Shown in pieces: positions 1 to 7,220 of a DNA stretch of 10,383 nucleotides (position 1 is its first letter; the number at the start of each line of letters is the position of its first letter). The stretch comes from PVC group bacterium. Its GTDB lineage: Bacteria > Auribacterota > Erginobacteria > Erginobacterales > Erginobacteraceae. The stretch lies in contig JAZDIV010000092.1 in the NCBI GenBank assembly GCA_043804695.1, positions 1 through 10,383 of the forward strand, given 5' to 3'. The position numbers and the translations under genes are program-made. The notes beneath the pieces are model-generated. The model saw only the letters and a program-made list of their open reading frames with translations, was not told where the DNA came from and searched no databases.

Positions 1-705
1 AATCGCCATCACGATCAAAAGCCCCAGCGGCTGGGTCCCCTTCTCCGGATCGAGGGGAGAGAACACGTTCCAAGCGTCAATGGCCGCGGTCGGGGCCCGA
101 GAGATGATGCTGACGGTGATGATGAGCGAGATCCCGTTTCCGATCCCCCGATCGGTGATCTGTTCTCCGAGCCACATGATGAAGATGGTCCCCGAGGTCA
201 GCGTCAGCATGGCCAGGAGCCGGAAGCCTAACCCGGCGGGAGCGATCAGGCTGTCCCGGGCGATGGCGCCGAAGATGGACTGGGGGTTCTGAAGCCCGAT
301 GCTGATCATGTATCCCTGGAAGAGGGAGAGGACGACCGTCGCGTAGCGGGTATACTGGTTGATCTTTTTCCGTCCCACCTCGCCTTCCTTGGAGAGTTTC
401 TCTAAAAACGGAATCACCGCGGTCAGCAGCTGCATGATGATGGAAGCGCTGATGTAGGGCATGATCCCGAGGGCGAAGATGGTGCACTTGGAGATCGCCC
501 CTCCGGAAAAGATGTCCATCAGGCCGAAGATGGTCCCCCCCCTGACCTTGGTCAGATGCTCGAAGATGGCATTCAGCGCCTGAGAATTGATCCCGGGGGT
601 GGGGATGTAACACCCGATCCGGTAGACGACGAGCAGCCCGAGGGTGAAGAATATCCTCTTGCGAAGCTCAGGAATCTTGAACGTGTTGGTAAACGCAGAT
701 AACAT
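1..705 (-). CDS. secY: Preprotein translocase subunit SecY, 5' part (runs off window)
   Basis: Manual translation from ATG at 705 gives MLSAFTNTFKIPELRKRIFFTLGLLVVYRIGCYIPTPGIN...FSGGAISKCTIFALGIMPYISASIIMQLL...WLGEQITDRGIGNGISLII, which carries the SecY motifs. It follows rplO with a TAATG overlap. It is not in the ORF track because there is no stop in the window. Confidence 0.98.
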   Translation of the reverse strand, partial: MLSAFTNTFKIPELRKRIFFTLGLLVVYRIGCYIPTPGINSQALNAIFEHLTKVRGGTIFGLMDIFSGGAISKCTIFALGIMPYISASIIMQLLTAVIPFLEKLSKEGEVGRKKINQYTRYATVVLSLFQGYMISIGLQNPQSIFGAIARDSLIAPAGLGFRLLAMLTLTSGTIFIMWLGEQITDRGIGNGISLIITVSIISRAPTAAIDAWNVFSPLDPEKGTQPLGLLIVMAI

Positions 706-1145
706 TATATTTCCCGGCAGGTTCCGCCGGCGGCCTCGATCGCGGCCCGCGCTGATCTGCTGAAACGATGCGCTTCCACCACCAGTTTCCTGTCGATCGC
801 TCCCCGACCCAATATCTTGATCGGGTTCTTCGCTGATCGAATCATCCGGCGCTCCCGGAGCACCTGCGGGGTGATCTCGGTTCCTTCCGGAAAGACGGCG
901 AGGGCGCCGATGTTCACCGGGACATAAATCGCGGGAAAGGGGGACGTGAACCCCACCTTGGGAAGCCGCCTCTTGAGGGGCATCTGCCCCCCCTCGAAGC
1001 CCGGTTTGGATTTGTAGCCGGACCGCGCTTTCTGGCCTTTATGGCCGCGGCCGGCGGTCTTGCCGTGGCCGGAACCGGGACCGCGGCCGCGACGTTTCCG
1101 GGGCCGGCGCGATCCGGGGACGATCTGTAACTCGTGCAGCTCCAT
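705..1145 (-). CDS. rplO: 50S ribosomal protein uL15
   Basis: GRGPGSGHGKTAGRGHKGQKARSG and FEGGQMPL motifs; position before secY. Confidence 0.98.
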   Translation of the reverse strand: MELHELQIVPGSRRPRKRRGRGPGSGHGKTAGRGHKGQKARSGYKSKPGFEGGQMPLKRRLPKVGFTSPFPAIYVPVNIGALAVFPEGTEITPQVLRERRMIRSAKNPIKILGRGAIDRKLVVEAHRFSRSARAAIEAAGGTCREI

Positions 1146-1646
1146 TTATCCGCCCTTCCTCAACGCGTGAGCTTCTTCTTCTTCCCTGATTCTCACCAGG
1201 CCGTCAATCCCCGCCTTGATGAGATTGAACTGGTTCCGTGACCCCAGGGCCTTGGAGTAAATGTCCTTGATCCCCGACAGTTCCAGCAGCGCCCGCACCC
1301 CGCCCCCGGCCACGATCCCTTTGCCGGGCGTGGCCGGCTTCAACAGCACCGTGGCCCCGCCGTAACGGCCGATCACGCTGTGGGAGATGGTGTGGGCCTT
1401 GATCGGCACGGAAAAAATGTTTTTCTTGGCGACTTCGGTCCCCTTGGCGATGGCATCGGCCACTTCGTTCGCCTTGCCCATCCCCAACCCGACATGCCCG
1501 GCTCTATCCCCGACGACGACCACCGCGCTGAAGCTGAACCGGCGCCCCCCCTTCACCACTTTTGAGCAGCGGCGGATGTCCACCACCAGGTCTGCCAGTT
1601 CATGCTCCATCTCTTTCCGGTTATTCTTCACTGTATCGGCTCTCAT
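1146..1646 (-). CDS. rpsE: 30S ribosomal protein uS5
   Basis: KVVKGGRRFSFSAVVVVGD and GKANEVADAIAK motifs. Start placed at ATG 1646, which has an AAGGTGG SD-like sequence just upstream. The ORF-track start at 1694 lies inside a repeat. Confidence 0.95.
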   Translation of the reverse strand: MRADTVKNNRKEMEHELADLVVDIRRCSKVVKGGRRFSFSAVVVVGDRAGHVGLGMGKANEVADAIAKGTEVAKKNIFSVPIKAHTISHSVIGRYGGATVLLKPATPGKGIVAGGGVRALLELSGIKDIYSKALGSRNQFNLIKAGIDGLVRIREEEEAHALRKGG

Positions 1647-1689
1647 TATGTCCACCTTATTATTAGTCGGTCCATAATTGTATGGACAT

Positions 1690-1768
1690 GTCATTGCGAG
1701 GAGCGAAGCGACGAAGCAATCTCAACTCTATGCACAGCAAGAGATTGCTTCGCTACGCTCGCAATGAC
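1690..1768. repeat. REP/RPE-like palindromic element (GTCATTGCGAG...CTCGCAATGAC family)
   Basis: Perfect 11-bp terminal inverted repeat GTCATTGCGAG (1690-1700) / CTCGCAATGAC (1758-1768) and perfect inner 12-bp IR CGAAGCAATCTC (1712-1723) / GAGATTGCTTCG (1741-1752) around a 17-nt loop. Confidence 0.85.
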
Positions 1769-1819
1769 CGCAATCGTTGATGTAAATACTACAACGTTCG
1801 GATTAATAATTAGCTTATA

Positions 1820-1842
1820 TTATTTTTGCGAAGCAAAAATAA
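1820..1842. repeat. Perfect 10-bp stem-loop just downstream of the rplR stop
   Basis: TTATTTTTGC-GAA-GCAAAAATAA; function unknown. Confidence 0.6.
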
Positions 1843-1846
1843 GAAT

Positions 1847-2218
1847 TTAGAAGATCAGCCCCGCCTTCCGGCAGCCTTCCGCCAGGGACTTCACCCGGCC
1901 GTGATAGCGATAGGGGCCCCGGTCGAAGATGACTTCCTTGATATTCAGCTCACCGGCCCGGGAGCCGGCCAGTTCGCCCAGAACCGCCGCCGCCGCCACC
2001 GTTCCGCCTCCTTTCGGGTACTTTTCCTTGAAGGCGGCGGAGAGCGTCGACCGGGAGGCCAGCGTGCAGCCCCGGTCATCGTCGATAAACTGAACCGAGA
2101 GATTTTTCAGGCTTCGAAAAACACTCATCCGGGGACGCTGGGCCGTCCCCTTGACTTTTTTGCGGACCCGGAGGGCTCTCTTCCGCCGGGCCTTTCTTTT
2201 CCTGGTTCCTGATTTCAT
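1847..2218 (-). CDS. rplR: 50S ribosomal protein uL18
   Basis: GTAQRPRMSVFRS and FDRGPYRYHGRVKSLAEGCRKAGLIF motifs. Confidence 0.97.
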   Translation of the reverse strand: MKSGTRKRKARRKRALRVRKKVKGTAQRPRMSVFRSLKNLSVQFIDDDRGCTLASRSTLSAAFKEKYPKGGGTVAAAAVLGELAGSRAGELNIKEVIFDRGPYRYHGRVKSLAEGCRKAGLIF

Positions 2219-2265
2219 GCTGGGCTATCCCGGATTATTGAAACACTGTCCACTATTTCTATAAC

Positions 2266-2802
2266 TCAGGCGATGGCCTTCCCGGCCTTTCTTCTGACAT
2301 GCTCATCCAGGTACCTGATGCCTTTCCCTTTGTACGGTTCCGGCGGCCGGAACTGCCGGATCTGGGCCGCGGTCTCGCCGACCTTCTGGCGGTCGCAGCC
2401 CCGGACCACGATGATCGACTTTCCCTCCAGAGAGATGGCGACCCCGTCCATCGGGCTGTGCCGGATCGGATGGGAGAACCCGAGCTGAAGAACCAGGATG
2501 GGGCCGTCCATCTCCACGCGATAGCCGACGCCGACCATTTCCAGCTTTTTTTCGAACCCCCTGCTCACCCCGATCACCATGTTATTGATCAGGCGAACAA
2601 AAAGCCCGTGCAGCGACCTGATGCGCTTTGTCTCTCCGGCCCGTTTCACCCGGACCCGCTTCCCTTCCATCTCGGCGCTCAGGACCGGCGGGAGGCGGAG
2701 GGCGAGTTTTCCCCCGCATCCGGAGACCGCCACCTCTCTTCCTTCCAGCGTTACCGTGACCCCGGACGGGACTTCAATCGGTGTGTTGCCCACTCTTGAC
2801 AT
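2266..2802 (-). CDS. rplF: 50S ribosomal protein uL6
   Basis: MSRVG N-terminus, LGFSHP and RPPEPYKGKGIRY motifs. Confidence 0.98.
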   Translation of the reverse strand: MSRVGNTPIEVPSGVTVTLEGREVAVSGCGGKLALRLPPVLSAEMEGKRVRVKRAGETKRIRSLHGLFVRLINNMVIGVSRGFEKKLEMVGVGYRVEMDGPILVLQLGFSHPIRHSPMDGVAISLEGKSIIVVRGCDRQKVGETAAQIRQFRPPEPYKGKGIRYLDEHVRRKAGKAIA

Positions 2803-2844
2803 GGGAATCAGCGTTTCCTTGCTTAATGTTACCGCAGCAGTATG

Positions 2845-3243
2845 TCACCACGCGTAGCAGATGACCTCACCCCCCACCTTCCCCCGGCGGGCCTGCCGGT
2901 CGGTGAGAACGCCCCGGGAGGTGGAGATGATGGCGATCCCCAGCCCCCCTTTGGGACGGGGGATATCATCTTTTCCCACAAAGGCCCGGCGGCCGGGCGT
3001 GCTGACTCTCTGGAGACCCCGGATGACCCGCTTTTTAGCCGGGCCGTACCGCAGGTATATCCGCAGCACTCCCTGCCGATCGTCTTCAACGGTTTTGAAG
3101 TTCCTGATGAACTTCTCCTCCTGGAGAATTCGAAGAATCTCTTTCTTCAAGCCGGAGGACGGAACATCGACCGTCTCCAGTCCTCTCGTATTCGCATTGC
3201 GGATCCTGGTCAGGAGATCCGCGATCGGATCGGTCATCGTCAT
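2845..3243 (-). CDS. rpsH: 30S ribosomal protein uS8
   Basis: DPIADLLTRIRNA and GLGIAIISTSRGV...GGEVICYAW; AAGGAG SD upstream. Confidence 0.98.
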   Translation of the reverse strand: MTMTDPIADLLTRIRNANTRGLETVDVPSSGLKKEILRILQEEKFIRNFKTVEDDRQGVLRIYLRYGPAKKRVIRGLQRVSTPGRRAFVGKDDIPRPKGGLGIAIISTSRGVLTDRQARRGKVGGEVICYAW

Positions 3244-3266
3244 GCCAGTAAATCTCCTTTCTTAAC

Positions 3267-3452
3267 CTACCAGCTCGCCTTGATCACACCGGGGATCTTG
3301 CCCTCGCTGGCAAGCTGCCGGAAGCAGATCCGGCAGATCTTGAACTTCCGGTAATATCCCCGGGGACGTCCGCAACGCTGGCAGCGGAAATAGCGGCGCA
3401 CCCGGAACTTCGGCTTCCGCATGCTCTTTACAATTAAGGCCTTCTTTGCCAT
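3267..3452 (-). CDS. rpsZ: 30S ribosomal protein uS14, short zinc-binding (C+, type Z) form
   Basis: 61 aa with [10 protein letters not shown] and CRICFR (two CxxC), ending PGVIKASW. Confidence 0.97.
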   Translation of the reverse strand: MAKKALIVKSMRKPKFRVRRYFRCQRCGRPRGYYRKFKICRICFRQLASEGKIPGVIKASW

Positions 3453-3455
3453 TAC

Positions 3456-4016
3456 TTACCTCGTTTCCTCCCCGCGCTTGAACGGCAGCCCGAACAATGT
3501 CAACAACTCCCGCGCTTCCTCGATATCCCGGGTGGTGGTGACCAGAGTTATGTCCATGCCCTGGGTCCGGTATGACTTGTCGACATCCACTTCCGGAAAG
3601 ACGATCTGCTCCCCCAGACCCAAACTGTAATTGCCGTGGTGGTCGAAAGAATCGGGGGAAAGGCCCCTGAAGTCCTTGATCCGGGGAAGGGCTATGCTGA
3701 TCAGGCGATCGAGAAACTCGTACATGATCCGGCCGCGCAGCGTCACCCGGCAGCCGACGTTCATTCCCTCCCGGAGCTTGAAGCCGGCCACGCTTGTTTT
3801 GGCGCGGGTGATCACCGGCCGCTGGCCGGTGATGAGAGCCAGTTCGTCGGCCGCCGACTGGATGGCCTTGCTGTCGGTGATTCCCACCCCGACCCCCATG
3901 TTGACAACCACCTTTTCCAGGCGCGGTGCCCGAAGCCGATTGGAGAAGCCGAACTTCTCCATCATCTTCGGCACGATCTCATCCTGATATTTTTTCCAGA
4001 GATTGGCCTGTTCCAT
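3456..4016 (-). CDS. rplE: 50S ribosomal protein uL5
   Basis: KVVVNMGVG, ITGQRP, FKLREGM, LPRIKDFRG and GMDIT motifs. Confidence 0.98.
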   Translation of the reverse strand: MEQANLWKKYQDEIVPKMMEKFGFSNRLRAPRLEKVVVNMGVGVGITDSKAIQSAADELALITGQRPVITRAKTSVAGFKLREGMNVGCRVTLRGRIMYEFLDRLISIALPRIKDFRGLSPDSFDHHGNYSLGLGEQIVFPEVDVDKSYRTQGMDITLVTTTRDIEEARELLTLFGLPFKRGEETR

Positions 4017-4018
4017 GA

Positions 4019-4345
4019 TTATTTATCCAGTATCTCGCCGGACTTCTTTGAATAGCGGACCCGGGTGCCGTCCGGCAGCGCCTTGATGCCGACCCGGGTG
4101 CCCTTCTTGGAGGCGGGGCAGTAAAGCATGACGTTGGAGACGGCGATCGGAGCCTCTTTTTCGATGATGCCGCCCTTCTGGTTCTGCTGGGAAGGACGGG
4201 TGTGTCTTTTTACGAAATTCAACCCCTGGACGATCACCGTCCCCGCTTTCCGGTTTACATGGAGCACCTTGCCGGTCTTCTTGGAAAAGCGTTCCTTGCC
4301 CGCGATCGCGATGACGATGTCATCTTTTTTGATCCGTGCTTTCAT
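4019..4345 (-). CDS. rplX: 50S ribosomal protein uL24
   Basis: [13 protein letters not shown] (KOW) and [16 protein letters not shown] motifs. Confidence 0.97.
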   Translation of the reverse strand: MKARIKKDDIVIAIAGKERFSKKTGKVLHVNRKAGTVIVQGLNFVKRHTRPSQQNQKGGIIEKEAPIAVSNVMLYCPASKKGTRVGIKALPDGTRVRYSKKSGEILDK

Positions 4346-4714
4346 TCACAACACCTCCGGAGCCAGGGAGACGATCTTCAGGAATTGCCTCTCGCGCAGT
4401 TCGCGAGCGACCGGGCCGAAAATCCGGGTTCCCCGGGGGTTGCGCTGATTATCGATAATCACCGCCGCGTTCTCGCTGAACCGGAGAACCGATCCGTCCG
4501 GGCGGCGGATGTCGTGCTTGGTGCGGACGATGACCGCCCGGACCACCTCCCCCTTCTTGACGGAAGCGGTGGGGATGGCTTCCTTGATCGACATCACCAC
4601 GATATCGCCGATATCGGCGTATCTCTTGCCTCCCGCCTCGACGACCTTGATACAGAGCGCGCGCCGGGCGCCGGTATTGTCGGCCACCTTTACAATTGTC
4701 TGCATCTGGATCAT
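4346..4714 (-). CDS. rplN: 50S ribosomal protein uL14
   Basis: MIQMQT..VADNTGA and [13 protein letters not shown]...[10 protein letters not shown]; 122 aa. Confidence 0.98.
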   Translation of the reverse strand: MIQMQTIVKVADNTGARRALCIKVVEAGGKRYADIGDIVVMSIKEAIPTASVKKGEVVRAVIVRTKHDIRRPDGSVLRFSENAAVIIDNQRNPRGTRIFGPVARELRERQFLKIVSLAPEVL

Positions 4715-4745
4715 CGGCAGTTCTGTCTCACCCGATATCCGGGCA

Positions 4746-5027
4746 TTACTCCGCCGGCGACGACTTCACTGTGCCGACCACCCGCCACCGCTTCAGCTTG
4801 CTGTACGGACGGGATTCCATTATCTCAACGATGTCCCCGGTCCGGGCTTGGTTTTTTTCATCGTGGGCGTGGAAATGGGAGGTCTTCCTGACCACCTTCC
4901 GGTAGAGAGGATGCCGGAACGTCCGGACCACTTCGACGACGACGGTTTTGTCCATCCGGTCGCTGGTTACTTTGCCCCGTCGTATCTTGCGACGGCCGCG
5001 TTTGCTGCTGTCTTTCTTCATATCCAT
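4746..5027 (-). CDS. rpsQ: 30S ribosomal protein uS17
   Basis: [25 protein letters not shown] and [13 protein letters not shown] motifs. The start could be ATG 5027 or 5021. Confidence 0.96.
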   Translation of the reverse strand: MDMKKDSSKRGRRKIRRGKVTSDRMDKTVVVEVVRTFRHPLYRKVVRKTSHFHAHDEKNQARTGDIVEIMESRPYSKLKRWRVVGTVKSSPAE

Positions 5028-5064
5028 GGCCCTGTTTCACCGATACGGATTCGGAAAATCCATC

Positions 5065-5256
5065 CTAATTCTTTTTTCGCTCTCTGATCACCGTCAGAAC
5101 GCGGGCGATCTCCCGCCGGACTTCGCCGATCAGGTGCGGTTTTTCGATCTGGCCGGAGGCGGCCTGAAAACGAAGCTTGAAATGCTCCTCCCGCAGCTCC
5201 CGGTACTTCTGCTCGAGTTCTTCCGGCGACATTTCTCTCAGCTGGCTCGCTTTCAT
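5065..5256 (-). CDS. rpmC: 50S ribosomal protein uL29
   Basis: LREMSPEEL, FKLRFQAASGQ and RREIARVLT motifs; GAGGA SD. Confidence 0.96.
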   Translation of the reverse strand: MKASQLREMSPEELEQKYRELREEHFKLRFQAASGQIEKPHLIGEVRREIARVLTVIRERKKN

Positions 5257-5268
5257 CCCGTCCTCATT

Positions 5269-5685
5269 TCAGAGCTGTCCGCGGATGACAAATCGGCAGG
5301 GGAACGGTATCTTGAAGGCGCCCAGCCGCATTGCCTGCCGGGCCACGGCCTCGGACACCCCCTGCATCTCGTAGAGAATCTGGCCCGGTTTGACAACAGC
5401 CACCCAGAACTCCGTGTTGCCCTTGCCCTTTCCCATCCGGGTTTCCGCCGGCTTCTTGGAGACCGGCTTGTGAGGGAAAACCCTGATCCAGATCTTGCCT
5501 TTCCGTTTGATGTGCCTGGTCAGGGCGACCCGCACCGCCTCGATCTGGTTGGCGGTCATCCAGCTGCCGGCCAGCGACTGGAGGCCGTATTCCCCGAATT
5601 CAAGGGTCATGCCCCGGGTCGCCCGGCGGGGGATGCTTCCCCGCTGCGATTTGCGGTACTTAGCCTTTTTTGGCATTAGAGCCAT
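5269..5685 (-). CDS. rplP: 50S ribosomal protein uL16
   Basis: [23 protein letters not shown] and ETRMGKGKG motifs; GGAGG SD inside the rpsC 3' end. Confidence 0.98.
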   Translation of the reverse strand: MALMPKKAKYRKSQRGSIPRRATRGMTLEFGEYGLQSLAGSWMTANQIEAVRVALTRHIKRKGKIWIRVFPHKPVSKKPAETRMGKGKGNTEFWVAVVKPGQILYEMQGVSEAVARQAMRLGAFKIPFPCRFVIRGQL

Positions 5686-6334
5686 CGTCTGATTCCTCCC
5701 CGACCGTCAGCTTCTCGCCCTTGTAGATCCAGGTCTTGACCCCGATCACGCCGTAAGTGGTGAAAGCCTCGGCAAAGCCGTAATCGATGTCCGCCCGCAA
5801 CGTCTGAAGCGGGATCTTCCCTTTCTTGTAACTTTCCGTCCGGCACATTTCTCTTCCGCCCAGGCGCCCGGAAACCTGAATCTTGATCCCCTCCGCGCCC
5901 CGGGCCAGCGTGTCGCTGATCGACCGCTTCAGCGCGCGGCGGAAGGATATTCTCCGGACCAGCTGCTGGGCGATATTTTCCGCGACCAGTTGCGCGTCCA
6001 GTTCCGGGCTCTTGATGTCGCTGATATCGATGATGACTTCCCGGCCGACCAGCGCCCTCAGCTCCTCCCGGAGGCTGTCGATCGCGGTCCCCCGGCGGCC
6101 CACGACCAGGCCCGGGCGGGCGGTAAAAATCTTGATCCGCACTTTCTCGGGGGTCCGGCGAAAGATCTGTATCTTGGAAATGCCGGTATGATAAAATTTC
6201 TTTTTGATATAGAGCCGGAGCTTGTTGTCCTCCAGAAGCAGGTCGCCGAAGTCTTTTTTGTTGGCATACCACTGGGAGCTCCACTCTTTGTTGAAGCCGA
6301 TCCTGAACGAGATTGGATTAACTTTCTGTCCCAT
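5660..6334 (-). CDS. rpsC: 30S ribosomal protein uS3
   Basis: MGQKVNP, ARPGLVVGRRG and PLQTLRADIDYG...TTYGVIGVKTWI motifs; overlaps the rplP start by 26 nt. Confidence 0.98.
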   Translation of the reverse strand: MGQKVNPISFRIGFNKEWSSQWYANKKDFGDLLLEDNKLRLYIKKKFYHTGISKIQIFRRTPEKVRIKIFTARPGLVVGRRGTAIDSLREELRALVGREVIIDISDIKSPELDAQLVAENIAQQLVRRISFRRALKRSISDTLARGAEGIKIQVSGRLGGREMCRTESYKKGKIPLQTLRADIDYGFAEAFTTYGVIGVKTWIYKGEKLTVGEESDDGSNAKKG

Positions 6335-6343
6335 AAACGATTC

Positions 6344-6736
6344 CTATGATTGATTTTTCTCCCTCGGCGGGGAAGACGGTTCTCCCCCCTCCGAGGCGGC
6401 GGCCTCCGTGACGACCACCGTAATGTGACAGGTTCGGTTGCGGATCCGGTTGGCCATCCCCCGGGCCCGGGCCCGGTACTTGAAGGGGGGAATCAGCGGC
6501 CCCCCATCGGCGAAAATCTCCCGGATCCGGACCTGCCTCTCGTCGACCTTGGCCTTTCCTTTCAGATTGGCCGCCGCCGACTGGATCACCTTTTCCAGCA
6601 GCCGGGCGGCCTTCCGAGGGGACACGCTCAAGCGGGCCAGCGCTTCTTCAACCGACAGGTTCCTGACCTGATTGATGACCGGACGAACCTTGCGCGGTGA
6701 CATCTTGAGATACTTGGCTACTGCTCGTGCCTCCAT
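6344..6736 (-). CDS. rplV: 50S ribosomal protein uL22 with C-terminal tail
   Basis: SPRKVR, KVIQSAAAN and RARG...RTCHITVVV motifs; position between rpsS and rpsC. Confidence 0.96.
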   Translation of the reverse strand: MEARAVAKYLKMSPRKVRPVINQVRNLSVEEALARLSVSPRKAARLLEKVIQSAAANLKGKAKVDERQVRIREIFADGGPLIPPFKYRARARGMANRIRNRTCHITVVVTEAAASEGGEPSSPPREKNQS

Positions 6737-6745
6737 TGCTCACCT

Positions 6746-7030
6746 TTACTTTTTCTGAGCAACAACCCGGGACTTGACGCCGGAGTGTTTCCGGAATGTC
6801 CTGGTCGGGGAGAATTCGCCTAGCTTATGGCCGACCATGTTCTCGGTCACGTAGACCGGCAGGAACCGTTTGCCGTTGTACACGGCAAAGGTAAGGCCCA
6901 CGAACTCCGGCAGGATAACCGAGCGGCGGGACCAGGTCTTGATCGCCTTGCCGCCGCCGGCGGTATCCTTCCGTATCTTCCGGAGCAGGCTCGGTTCCGT
7001 GTATGGTCCTTTTTTTAACGATCTCGCCAT
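6746..7030 (-). CDS. rpsS: 30S ribosomal protein uS19
   Basis: [17 protein letters not shown] and [15 protein letters not shown] motifs. Confidence 0.98.
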   Translation of the reverse strand: MARSLKKGPYTEPSLLRKIRKDTAGGGKAIKTWSRRSVILPEFVGLTFAVYNGKRFLPVYVTENMVGHKLGEFSPTRTFRKHSGVKSRVVAQKK

Positions 7031-7074
7031 AACTCTTTTCCTCTATAAATTAGCTCACTTCGCTCGCAACTTTT

Positions 7075-7150
7075 GCCACTAAGACACTAAGAAAAAACCA
7101 AATAAGGTGAGTGTTTTGCTCTCTTCTTGGTGCCTTAGTGACTTGGTGGC
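7075..7150. repeat. Inverted repeat built from 8-bp CAC(T/C)AAGN units
   Basis: The left arm GCCACTAAGACACTAAG (7075-7091) matches the reverse complement of the right arm CTTGGTGCCTTAGTGACTTGGTGGC (7126-7150) at 15/17 positions. There are two units on the left and three on the right. Confidence 0.75.
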
Positions 7151-7162
7151 TAATAATTATTA

Positions 7163-7198
7163 TCCCGATGGCAATCGGGATCCCGACGGATGTCGGGA
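7163..7198. repeat. Two abutting 18-bp hairpins TCCCGA(T/C)-N4-(A/G)TCGGGA
   Basis: TCCCGAT-GGCA-ATCGGGA (7163-7180) followed directly by TCCCGAC-GGAT-GTCGGGA (7181-7198); both have perfect 7-bp stems. Confidence 0.8.
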
Positions 7199-7220
7199 AA
7201 ATTCCGATTCAGTACCTGCG

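Noticed and set aside
77..613. 178-aa minus-strand ORF and overlapping plus-strand ORF 80-292
   Set aside because: These are off-frame and antisense shadows of secY, whose true frame starts at 705 and runs off the window.
1647..1694. N-terminal extension of uS5 from ATG 1694
   Set aside because: That ATG lies within the repeat terminus and has no SD, whereas ATG 1646 has an SD-like AAGGTGG and gives a normal length.
1820..1842. Intrinsic terminator after rplR
   Set aside because: The stem is A/T-rich and on the transcribed minus strand is not followed by a U-tract, so it was kept only as a hairpin.
1602..1850. 82-aa plus-strand ORF containing HCEERSDEAIS
   Set aside because: It is a translation of the palindromic repeat and AT-rich spacer, antisense to the operon, with no recognisable protein family.
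4727..5064. Tiny hairpins in the rpsQ-rplN and rpmC-rpsQ spacers (CCCG-ATATC-CGGG, GGATT-CGGAA-AATCC)
   Set aside because: Stems of 4-5 bp are expected by chance.
5676..6284. 202-aa same-strand alternative-frame ORF inside rpsC
   Set aside because: Its Arg/Gly/Pro-rich composition is typical of a shifted frame in high-GC DNA.
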